A DNA stretch of 63,751 nucleotides, counting the filler, from Intoshia linei (taxonomy: Eukaryota; Animalia; Orthonectida): assembly GCA_001642005.1 (NCBI GenBank). It is 5 parts of 5 records of this genome, joined end to end, with 100 filler letters (N's around TTAATTAATTAA, not from the genome) between each part and the next. Parts side by side here need not be neighbours in the genome. Positions count along the whole stretch, not along the records: positions 1 to 30,109 come from LWCA01000370.1; positions 30,210 to 40,793 come from LWCA01001268.1; 3 more parts are not named here. The stretch is one strand, 5' to 3'. Positions 24,901 through 37,100 of the stretch are shown piece by piece. Numbering within the stretch: position 1 is the stretch's first letter; every line of letters begins with the position of its first letter. A model generated the notes under the pieces. That model ran no database searches. It had not been told where the DNA came from and saw only the letters and a program-made list of their open reading frames with translations. A program made the position numbers and the translations under genes.

Positions 24901-25945
24901 GGTTTCTAATAAAAATAATTATCAAATTAAACTAATTAAATTTTTACCCATATCAAGGGAAGCCAGAGAATTTGTACACTTCCATTCTTTATCATGGTTA
25001 GCTAATCTCGTTTCATCCATAACAAGTGGTACCCACCCTCCAAAAACAAACATTCTATATTAAAATAATTTTCATAAAAAATGTAAAACCTGTTATCAAT
25101 CACTGTAGCGGTATGCAAACTTCTTGGCAAAGGAGCAATACCATTAATAATAGGTTTAAACCATGTATGAGTAATTATGTCAAATTTCCATAAATCACCC
25201 AGTCTGCATCCACTCATTCCACCATAAATTAAAAGAAATTTTTCCGTATTATCGATACTAGAATAAGCTACACAAGAATGGGATTCTCTTGGAGGTGGTG
25301 GTGTTCCAGACGTTTGTGGTAGTTCCCAAGCGAGAGTACTTTTTGTTAAATCGAGAATGTATAAATCATTTAAATATCTATGGACGGTAAAATTATATAC
25401 AAAAATATTTACCTAGGTATATTGTTTTTCGGGTCATCGCTATCATTTGCTAAGCCACCAAATAAGTAAATTTTTCTATCCAAAACGACAAAACTGTGCC
25501 CTAATCGTGGACAAGGAACCGGTCCATTTTTAGGATCTTTAACATGCAACTTTTTCCACTCCCATTTTGTTGCATCTAATTCGTACAACGAATTGCTATA
25601 ACGGCCGTATTCAACCATACCACCAAAGACTATAACCCTCACATCGTCGACTATGAAACCGAAAGCTGCACAACCTGGAGGAATATCACCAATGACGGTA
25701 GGAATGAACCATTGATTTGTAGCTAAATTTTTTACACATTCAGTTACACATCACTAACCTGCATTAAAAACATGTACATCATCAACAATTCCTTCGTTAC
25801 CTCCACCGAAAATAAGCATTAATTCTTTTATCGCTACAGCTCGATGACCGTGACGTGCTTTAGGGGTTTGGCCAGAAGTATTGGCAATCCGTTTCCATTT
25901 GACCGTTGGGGGTTTAATTTTTGTATTTTGAACATCAGAACTCAT
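21966..25945 (-). CDS. HCFC1: Host cell factor (HCF-1): Kelch domain, Fn3/SAS1 halves, C-terminal basic NLS-like tail
   Basis: [99 protein letters not shown]. The last exon ends ...VKQRKFVN* (stop 21966-21968). Confidence 0.95.
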
Positions 25946-26533
25946 AGTATATCGAAATTGAATTTTGTTGAATCAAAAACAAAATTATTAAAATCAGTTC
26001 TATATAAACAGTCGTACTATCAGATATAACGATAATAAAATAATAACGATAATAAGTAAAATAAAGCTCTAATGGAAACAAAATAAACGGTATTGCCAGT
26101 TCATATTGCTAGGATTTTAGTCGAACAAATCACAATAAGAATCTAAATATTGCAAAGTAAAGCACAGAAATGCATAATGTATCCAAGTAGTATAATTATG
26201 TGCGATATTTTAGCTACATGTACTTTGTAACAACTCAGCGATAGTGGCTACAATAACGCAAATAAACCTCTTTTGATTATAACGTTGCTTAAGAACATTA
26301 TATATTAAAATTCTCAAATAGTATCAGATGTATGTTGTTAATTACATTAAAATCGTATCAGTGGGGAATTATTTTGTTTGTATAGTAAATGGTATTTATA
26401 AATCTGGGGTGTTTATGGTTTTTCATCACGCCATAAAGAACGCAATTTCGTGTCTTCATGGTTTCAGTTGTAAATTTTGATGTAAATAAATTAGAAAATT
26501 GTCTCATAAACATATATCTTGTAATTATATCAT

Positions 26534-26760
26534 ATGCAATACGTTGGACGAGTGTTTAATTCTTGCAACAGAGCTGTAAAAGAATTTTATAACGAAATAA
26601 ATGCTTCCACATTGTCTGGTGCCATAGACGTAACATAAATCATTGGCCACATTTATAAATTTAGATTATCGTGGTCGAACAAGAAGACAAATCACTGATA
26701 TCTTCTCCTTTTCATGTTAGATTTGGCAAAATGGACGTTTTGCATGCACGAGAAAAAAGT
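26534..26760 (+). CDS. LPIN: Lipin (phosphatidate phosphatase) N-LIP domain, first two exons only
   Basis: Exons 26534-26629 and 26665-26760 give MQYVGRVFNSCNRAVKEFYNEINASTLSGAID/IIVVEQEDKSLISSPFHVRFGKMDVLHAREK. No further exon was found before the gap at 30110. Confidence 0.9.
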
Positions 26761-27255
26761 GTATGGCTTTATTTTATTTACTTAAATTTAAAATTAAATT
26801 AAAGTCATAGTCCCAAACTTTTTTCCTCAAAAGTCAAAATGTTAAATTAACATGACAAAATATTTAATGTGCAGCTGTGATTATAAACCTATAATTTAAA
26901 GTTAAATGTTAAACTACATGTCGGAATATGACTAGTCAACGTTTTCAAAAGTTGGTCAATTTCGAAGATGGGCCTTTAATAAACTTGCATAGTAACGTCA
27001 TTACCAATATCAAATTTTAATTTATTTTTTTATCGACTTAATTTAAGTGAAGAACGTAAATGTACATTGTACAACACTATGAACTGTGTTGGGAATCTAA
27101 TTTTGAAAAGATCCCCAAAAATCGGTATAGTAAAAACTAATTAGCAAACACTGTAAATAATATTTCTCATGTATAATATATAGTTTATCAAGGTTGAAAT
27201 AACTATATAGTAGTTAAAAAACTACATTATATTGTATTAATTTATCAGTATTATA

Positions 27256-27813
27256 CAATCAGACTCGTCAATAATGAATTTTTTTTAATAGTAAATGATT
27301 TTTTGTAAAATTGTGACTACACCATTGTAAAGATTATGGAAGTTCATTATTTTATTTAAATTGTTTAAATTCATTATATTGAATTTACAAAAATGATTTT
27401 TAATTTTGATAGTCTTGATTTTTGGACCAAATTTTTGTAGGTTTCTTTAAGGGAAAATTTTTTTCATCCAATTTTAAAAGATTTTTAATGTAATTTTGGG
27501 TTTTAAAGGAAATTTTTTTCTATTCATTTTTAAAATATTTTGAAGATAATCTTAGGTCGAAAATTTGTAGGGTTTTTAAGGGAATATTTTTGACATTTTA
27601 ATTGTCTTCAAAATCTTTCAAAATTGAGGGAAACAAAATATAAATTGTGAGTGTATTATTATACAAATTTATTATAATGAGATAAAATAAACTTTATTAT
27701 TCAAACATTTCTTAAGATGTTCAATGAACATTGTTCATTAAATAACAGAAATGTTTAATAATGAATCTGTCAAAAATCTGACATTTAGGGTTCATTATTG
27801 ATGAGTCTGACTT
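27256..27813. mobile_element. pogo/Tigger-like MITE
   Basis: 23-bp TIRs CAATCAGACTCGTCAATAATGAA / TTCATTATTGATGAGTCTGACTT flanked by TA. Confidence 0.75.
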
Positions 27814-28329
27814 TATTCAGATATATATCTTCTCTGGATGAGTAAAATATATTAATAATTAACGGAATCAGTACTTTAAAAACATATTTCAGATGAATTT
27901 TACTTACATTGCAATTTGCAAAACATTGTAATAAATATAAAAATATAGAGTTTCTTATGAATATAAATTTTTAAGTAGATTCTAGTAAATGTAATTAATA
28001 TTCCAAGTTTGATGAAAAAAACAAGTGTAGAAGTGATTAATAATAATTTTACAATTAAAATGTCTGTGACTAAATTTAAAAGTTTTAATTAAAATGAATA
28101 CATGTATGAAAATTTATGTATTAATGTGTAATAATTACACATTAGTTGTTGTCTCTTCTGAATATCATATTGAATTTTTCCCACATAAACCTATAGTTAT
28201 GTTTTCTAACTTTTTTTATTCTAGGCCACACTTTTACAGGCCCCACTGAAAAAAATTCTAGCGAATTATATTAAAATAATCATAAAAACAATAATAATGT
28301 ATTTATTTTTTAGAATTAATGAGACGATT

Positions 28330-28773
28330 GAGGCTGACGATTCTGAGTTTATTAATATAAGTACTTATGTGGTAAGCTTTAATCGTAGATCTTTCCTTTT
28401 TGAAATTTGTAGTCTATTTTTTTGTCAGTAAGTCTAAAACTGCACTAAACCCGCATTCTGCTAAATAAAAGGATGGAAATGGCAACAAAGCAATTCTAGC
28501 AAAAGTAGTTAAAGTCGGATAATTTTGCAAATTTGGAATTTTGCATATACTCATCAATTTAGTTAAATTTAAATTCATTAGCCCACGATCATTAAAGATA
28601 TAATTGGTTTTTCGTCATTTTAATAATTTAATAATACAATTAATTGGTTCAAGTATCACATAATCACTTATAAACCTGAGAATATTATATAAAATTAACA
28701 ATAAATGAATCTAAAGCTTTCATAATCCTATAAATTTCTAATATTTCCCAGGCCCCACGGTTGGGAAACACTG
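28330..28773 (-). mobile_element. hAT (Buster/Charlie) remnant
   Basis: The minus strand reads ARIALLPFPSFYLAECGFSAVLDLLTKK* (broken). Terminal GGTTGGGAAACACTG ends at 28773. Confidence 0.75.
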
Positions 28774-28828
28774 ATATATAGGTATTGAGAAAAATAGATC
28801 GCAAGATTTTAATTTCTTCTAAAACTAA

Positions 28829-29140
28829 TTATTTATTTGTAATTAAACTAATTCGAGTGTTTGCCCTAGGACGTATGTTATTTAGACGTGATTTTATCAC
28901 GCTGAATAAGTTTTCAATAAGATTCAAGTCAGGACTATAGGGTGGTAAGAATATTTGTTCTACATTTTCTCTTCTCAAAAAAGAAATTATTTCCGCACAG
29001 TGGTGAAACCTCACATTATCCATTACAATAATAGGCCTGTTCTCAAATACTCTATAAATCTTACACTTATTTAAAAATTCCAGAAATTTTTCTCTATTAA
29101 AAGAACTTTCCCATAATTTTAATTTTTGTAAAATTATCAT
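28829..29140 (-). pseudogene. Tc1/IS630-like DDE transposase fragment
   Basis: IIVMDNVRFHH...FLPPYSPDLNLIENLFS. Confidence 0.85.
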
Positions 29141-29229
29141 TAATTACTTCTACACTTGTTTTTTTCGTCGAACTTCGAATATTAATTACATTTACTAGTA
29201 TTTACTTAAAAATTTATATTATTAAAAAA

Positions 29230-29860
29230 TCTTAACTTATATAATATGCTACGCGATTTTTGTTTGTGTGTGTGTGTTCCACTTTATTAAAATAACTACG
29301 ACTCTTAGAATTTTTTAAAGATAACATTTCAATTACAGTTTTTTCCGAGACGTATAATAATAAATTTCAACCTTCCAATTTCACATCTTACGGGTCAAAA
29401 AATCCAGTTGTCTCTCTTTTTGAAAATCAAACGAGTTGGAGAATTTAAACAATTCTATGCGCTGATGCGGATTTTAAAATCATAAATATTATCATAAATT
29501 TAAATTTCAAAAAATTATATCTTCAGGTCCAAAACCACAAAATACCCTTCTTTTTTTAATGAAAATAGCCCTAGAATTTAACAAAATTTACAGGGGGTAC
29601 AATTTTATCCTGTTAACACACATAAAAAATTTCAATCCGAATAAGTGACAACTTCACGGTCAAAAAAACATTTTAGTATTCATATATTTTTTTTAAGCAT
29701 TTTATTAAAACAAAAAATGTGAAATAATGAACGGTCCAAAAATTAAAAAAAAGATTATTCTGATAGAGCTTATTCCAGTTGATATAAACACAAAAGTTCA
29801 AGCCGATAAATCTTCGCATTCCCGATGAAAAATAATTTTGAATATATTATCAACCAATAT
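29230..29860 (+). mobile_element. Helitron-like family A copy
   Basis: A|TCTTAACTTATATAATATGCTACGCGATTTTTGTTTGTGTGTGTG start; longest copy in the window. Confidence 0.65.
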
Positions 29861-30109
29861 TTTTCAAATATTTCGAATTAAAATAAAAATGAAAATGCAA
29901 ATCAATTATATAGATTTTCACCCATATTTCTTTATTGGAAATGTATAGACAATCAATGAACATTTTTTTTGAAATTGTAGGATGAACATTTTCATTTTAC
30001 ATAAACCATATTTTTTTTATTTTTTTCAAAATATTTGAGAAATATTGGTTGATAATAAAGGGTGTTCCAATAGCTTGGAACGATGTTAAATGCTTATTAG
30101 GCTTACATT

Positions 30110-30209
30110 NNNNNNNNNNNNNNNNNNNNNNNNNNNNNNNNNNNNNNNNNNNNTTAATTAATTAANNNNNNNNNNNNNNNNNNNNNNNNNNNNNNNNNNN
30201 NNNNNNNNN
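30110..30209. other. Assembly gap with synthetic six-frame-stop linker
   Basis: 44 N + TTAATTAATTAA + 44 N; identical structure at 40794, 51803 and 56679. Confidence 0.97.
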
Positions 30210-30480
30210 AAATTAATTATTTTGTAATTATGCTAAAAAAAATTATAATTGTAAAGAGAGTTTATTGATTTTTACAAAAATTTGGAAGTCATAATAAATT
30301 ATGTAAAAAAATAATTTGCAATAATAAATACCAATAAAATTAACATTTACATTTTATATTTTAAATTGTTAATTCTTTTTAAATTTCAAATTGTTAGAAC
30401 TTTCAATTCCAATTTTATTCTTTTTGTTTTTAAAACATTTCGAAAAGTACATATTTAGTACTTATAAAATCTGGACACTC

Positions 30481-30923
30481 TAAATAAGGCCTTAATTTTA
30501 GGATTGTTCAGTTTATAGAGTAGAATATTCGCAGATATAAATGCCTCCAAAATTTGGTCAGTAAAATTATGAGACATTTTTAAAAATTTATAAAGTTAAT
30601 AAAGTGGATTTTTTCATAGGAAACAAGGCAATTGAAATTTATACAACTAAGTAAATTATCAATTCTCTTGAATTCATTAGGATACAATTCATAACGTTGT
30701 TCATTTTAAAATGTTGAGATATTGTAGTTTTTGGCATAGTAAATGAATGTTACATCATTTCGTGATGATCAAAATTTTACCTGTAAAAGTGAAACTTTTA
30801 GAATGAAATAGAAGTGTTTATTTCCAATTTCAATTTCAAAAAAATGGCTTTATTAACTTTATAAAATTTTAAATAGCTAATTAACATATAAAAAATTAAC
30901 TTTATTAACTTCTACTTGTCCTA
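30481..30923 (-). mobile_element. Truncated inverted copy of the TAGGGCAA hAT element
   Basis: Reverse-complement match to about 32923-33451. Ends TTGTCCTA|ATTATGAT. Confidence 0.8.
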
Positions 30924-31122
30924 ATTATGATTCATAATAAATAATAATTATTAAAGTCTTATGGGCAACATTCTCTAGTAACTAAATAGAAAATATACAC
31001 AAGTTAAATAAATAAATTACGATATTTAATGTTAACATTCTAATATCATGGATACCACTGTTTATCTTGAACAGATTTTTTTACAATTTTATAAATTTTA
31101 TGAATAATATTTAGTTTCAATT

Positions 31123-34100
31123 ATGCATAGACATTTGGGTGTTTTGTTAACATTATTGTTTCTGACATTATTGAAATGTACTTTGGCACGAAAGTGTTCA
31201 ATATACGGACTATGCTCTAACGATAAAAGCAAATATGCAGTTGTGAATATGAAGCCTGTCGACCATTCCAAAAATGTAGAGTTTGTTAATTTATTTAATA
31301 AAACCTGTCCTGATACATACGCTAAATATAGAGGTATTTTTTATATATAATGTATAGTTTTTATTAATGTTGAAATTTAATTAACATAAAATACATTAAT
31401 ATGACTAAATCCAGCCTCCACGATATATAGCGAAGGAAACGCTAACAATAAAGGGGAAGCAAATTTAGTAGTTTTAGGATATTTAGTGAGGATATTCAAG
31501 TTATTCCAATAATAAGATAAATTATTTTGTTTGAAAATTGATTGCAGTTGCAGGTCAACAGATATTTCAACATTTTTATTTTGTTAATAACTTTTATGAA
31601 AATATTTAATGAATCGTTCAATGTACTACTTAAATTTTTTTTTGCAGATGACATAAGAATAATTTTTAATAAATTCAAATAAATTGATGAATCTTTATAT
31701 ATGTTACAGACAAAATTGAAATCCAGGAAATTTTTAATTTTTGATTTTTTGTTTATTTTTGAATGTTTGTATTTTTATAGTTAATTTAAGAATTTAAGTT
31801 AAGAATCATTTAATTTAATTGATTTTAAAGCTTATTTATTTAGATACAAACCCCAGTTAAAACTGAAATATTAAGATTAATTATTTACCTACAAACCATT
31901 TTACAAAAAAATTTAAAATGATCTATAGTATATATATATTTATGGTATATAGTAAAAAATATATATTGTCATATTCTCGTGAAAATGAATCATCACGCAT
32001 TACAAAATTGGCTTAGAGTAAATAGTTTTGAGAAACGACAAAATAATAGGGTACTTTGTAAAATATATAACAGGTTGTACAAGATACATAAATACGATTT
32101 GGCAAGAGACGTACGAAGTAATTTTAAATTTTTTAACCCTAATTAAAATAGGTAAGACAGATTCAGAAACTTTATATATTAACATAAAAGCTTTTTTTGA
32201 ATCAATAAATATTAATATTTCTAAGTGTTTCGCAATAGGCACTGATGGCGCGTCAAACCTACGTGGCATTAGAAATTCTTTATATACAAAAATAAGACAG
32301 GATAATCCAAACCTAATACTTATTAAATGTCCAGATGATATAAATTTTATTATTTGTGAAACTTTCAATTTTTTTAAATCCCATCTGAGATTCAGACAAT
32401 ATAAAAATTTATACATGATTATTAACGACGAACGCTCTCCTTTGAGGTTTATACCAATAAATAAGACGAGGTGGTTGGTTAGGACGTCTGTAATTAAAAT
32501 ATTAACAGATCAATGGGACGTATTAAAGACATATTTGTGTCTTAACATTACCGATGAAAGATCTTCTTGCGCTGAGAATCTACTTAACCTATTTAATAAC
32601 ACGAATTATTTATATTTTATTTTTTTAAACCCTATTGTTCGAGCGTTTGAAAATATAAATAAAAATTTTCAATCTGACAAATGTGACCCATCTCGATTAT
32701 TAGATGAGTTAAAATTATTTAAAAAATTATAACCAAAAGAATTATCATAGATATTTTTATTGATCCTGAAGATCCCACGAATTCGAAAAGTTTGGATCAG
32801 ATGGATATTGGTTCTTTGCCTAGACAACTAATAGGGGCCCATATTGAAATCAACACTAATGTACTGGTGACAATGAGATATTTTTTACTAGGGTATGTTC
32901 TTGAACTAAAAAAACTTATAATTAGGGCAAGTAAAAGTTAATAAAGTTAATTTTTTATATGTTAATTAGCATACAATTCCAAGCATGATCATACCAATAT
33001 TACGTTTATTAATTAGCTAATTAGAATTTTATAAAGTTAATAAAGTCATTTTTTTGAAATTGAAAATAAACACTTCTATTTCATGCTAAAAGTTTCACTT
33101 TTACAGGAAAAATTTTGATCATCACAAAATGATGTAACATTCATTTAGTATGTCAAAATCTATTAAAGCTTTTCATTTTAAAATGAACAACATAATGAAT
33201 GTATTCTAATGAATTCAAGAGAACTGATAATTCACTTAGTTGTATAAATTGCAATTGCAGTTTTTTATGAAAAAATTCACTTTATTAAAGTTTTCAGAAA
33301 CACAAAAAAACACAGATTTTCAAACGATACTCCTCCTCTACCTAAATTTTTAAAAATTTCTCATGATTTTACTGACCAAATTTTGGAGGCATTTATATCT
33401 GCGGATATTCCACTCTATAAACTGATCAACCCTAAAATTAAGGCCTTATTTAATGATATAATAATAAATCGAGCTAAAGCGGCTGTCAACCAACTTGGAT
33501 TAGACAATGCTTTGATTCAAATATGTACATATTTATATCTGTTAGATGTAATAGAAATGGATCAAGAATCGTCATTTAGCATAGAAAAGGCCTACAATGT
33601 ATTATGTAATTTGTCCTTTGATTCGGATACCTGCAACATAAACGATTATATTAATAAACGTCTAACGAAAAACGACATATATGCCATTATGAATAATTTA
33701 GATTCAAACAAATCCTCAATATTATATCATTCTCTAAGGAACGCTCCTTTTACATTCGTCAGCGTAGAAAGAAATTTTAGTCTGTCAAAAAAAATGGTGA
33801 CTAAACAGAGACCATTAGCACCTGAAAATATCCAAAAATACATAATTTTGTATCACAAAAATAAATACTCTATTAATTATCCATTTGCATAGTTTAATTT
33901 TTTTCACTTAAATTAATATTTGGTATATTGAATATATCTGAATACTGAGTATGAAGGACATTCTCGAAGGTAAACAATAGAAAGTTATTTTTTTAGAGAA
34001 AAAAAATTTCAGTAAATATCTTGAATTTTCAAATGGTACGAAATAAAAACAGATAAAAAATACTTGGAAAAAATAAAAAACTAATCGATTGAAGTTAACA

Positions 34101-37100
34101 AGATTCAAATTAGAGTTGTATACAAAAAAATTTTTTTATTTTATAGGTTATTTAAAAAATTGCCCTACTTATAATCAATGTTTTGTGGAGCAATCATTAA
34201 AAATATGCACAGTACTTTGGTTGAAATTTCAAGAACAATGAATGCAGAAATTTACCAAAATATTCTTTCGGAACACTTTCTACCTATATATCAACCTTCC
34301 CATAAATTTTCACAAGACAATTCATCGGTACATAAGGCTAAAACAATCATGCAAATGCTTGAAAATGCCCACATTAATCTAATAAACCATTCTTCATTGA
34401 GTCCTGATATGAACATAATCGAAAATTTCTGGCATAATATGTGTTTAAGAATATATGATAACGGTAACAAACAATATAATAACAAAATGATCTTCGAGTG
34501 ACAGTACTTTTGGCGTGACAATGATAAATGCAATGCAACAATGATAACGAAGAAATAATAAAACAATCTTTTATGAAATCTATGCCCTCACGATTTTTTG
34601 CTGTTTTAGAGAATAAAGGTGATCACACAAAATATTAGCCTTAAATTATAGATAATTTTAGATTTATAAGTTGTATAGTTTAAAAATTAAATATAATTCC
34701 TATTTTAAATGAACGCCTATAAATGTTATCGAATTACTAAAATGCTTTTTCTAATTAATCTTTTCTGTTTTTTCAATTTATTTATTGATATCTCGTATTC
34801 AAGTAATATTGTCCACCAGATTACTGATTTTTATTATTTTAAGTCTACTAAATGTTGAGAAAACTGCAATAAACGAAAATTCCTATTATTATTGAACGGA
34901 CTGTAGAACTACTCCGTAGAACAATTTTCTGGCAACTCTGCTACAATTTATATTTGAATGCAATTTAACCTTTAAATTAAAAGTTATATGATGTTTATAT
35001 AATTACAAATTCTTTATCTCGCCAACTTTTTCTAAATCCCAAAATTGGCGAGTTATAGAGAGAATACTGTATCAGTATAAGTAAATAATATAAGTTAAAT
35101 TAATTGTCAATATTTAAATAGAAATTCAGTTTTCTAAAATGTCATTTCTATTAAGCTTTGAATATTGTTTTAAAAATAAAAATCTTTTTATAGAATGACT
35201 TAATGCAGTATTCGCCTAAACTTAGGCTAAGTTAAATCGACCAGAAGTACGTTTTAAGTAAAATTAGTACGTATTAACGGAATTACGGAATTTTCAATTC
35301 CCTTAATAAGTACTTAGACTGTAGTACATTGGTTTACCTTATTATGATAAATAAAAGTACGTATAAATTACACTTAGCCTAGGAATATAATGATATAGAT
35401 GTGATTTGATTTCATTTAGACCAGTAGTTCCCAATTCAAATAGTGTACGCACCCCTATTTGAAAATATTTATTTTTTTGAACATAAAAGAAACATGAAAT
35501 ATAAAACGTTATGAAAAAAATATTGGAAAAAAGTAATTTTTTATTTGGGTTTTGGAGTAAAAAGTTGTTGATTATAATTTGGTAAAATCGAATTTTTCCC
35601 TGAGGATTCGAAATGATATTTTTTATTAAATTTTATTAATGGTGGAATAAAAGTGGGATTTTTTAAGTAATAATAATATAGTTATAATAGAGTAGAGTAG
35701 TTATAATAGTAGTATAAGAGTAGTTATAATATAATAGTTAAAAATAAAGAAGAGTTGATAAAATTTTTTGTATATTTTATTTGAATTATACGAACCCCAA
35801 ACATATAGTTTTGACCACCAAAGGGCCCTGGGACCCTAATCGGGAACCACTGATTTAGAAAATAGAATTTTTAATTTTCCAAAAAAGAAATTTTGTGTTT
35901 TATTTAAAAATCCCTCTATTATTTTTCTGTAAGTATTAGTTTTTTATATTTTTAAATGAACAAAACAAAATATATGTAAAAAATAATATTTTAACCTTAA
36001 TAACAAATAAATTAGAAATTTTATAGATTTTTATACCCACTTTTTCGGCCTTATATTCTGTCATCACCCTAAAATCATTTTAAAAGAATAACATTTATTT
36101 ATACAAAATTAAATGTAATAAATAAAGTAATTATTTGTAAATATTCTCACTACCCTACATTGGGAACCATTTCTAGATTTAAAAGTAAAATCAATGGCGT
36201 ATATCAGTTATGGCAAAAGGTGAAATTTCGTGTTAAAAATTAAATATATTATTATGAAAAAAATCATGAAGGAAATAAATTCCATGATAAACAAGGTTCA
36301 CTTACGTGTCATTGAAAGCTACAAGCTTTGTTAATTGAACATTTTAATTGAAAAGTTTGCTGAAAACAATAAAATATCAAGTCAAGAGCCTTAGATAAGT
36401 GGCTAGGCCCTAGCCGCTATGTTTATATGACACTGCATCATTTGTGAAAAATTTTTATGGGCTTATTTTTAAATTTCGCGGTGGTCTCGAGCTGAGTAGG
36501 TTCTGCTCTGGTAACCATCACTCGTTGTTTAAATCTAATATATATATATTATATATATAATCATCAATATATTAATATATTTATTTATATGTATTATCAA
36601 TATATTAATAATGTTTAGATGTGACTTTATGCTGTGATATGGCTCAAGTGAAATTAATATCACAAAATGCTGGTTTATTATCAATTTTATTTGCGGGTTG
36701 TTCTGATATGCAGGCTAGTTATACAAGCTATTTATGTGAATTAACATGTAATCCCAACAACTCCAAATTTATGAAAGTATTGAAATCTAAGGATAAGTGT
36801 GCAGTTGAAACAGAAGTTTCTATATATGAAAAATCCGCTAAAGCTTTACATCACAATTTACGTGATATGACATTTTTAACATCTTATGTAATTCTATATT
36901 TGATGAAAGATTTATCCAAATATGACTATGCATATCACGATTATATATACTTTTTTAATGGTATGGGTAAGCACATAAAAAATCCTTTACAGTATACCAC
37001 CGCTATTTCCACTGAATCGAGTATATCACTTCAATTTAAAGTGTATAAATGTAAAGAGTATTGCGCGTGTTCTCAGTGTAAAGATGCCTGTTCTGGCGAC

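Noticed and set aside
30154-30165. TTAATTAATTAA repeated four times in identical context
   Set aside because: It is centred in 44N+44N gaps and places stops in all six frames, so it is a synthetic scaffolding linker.
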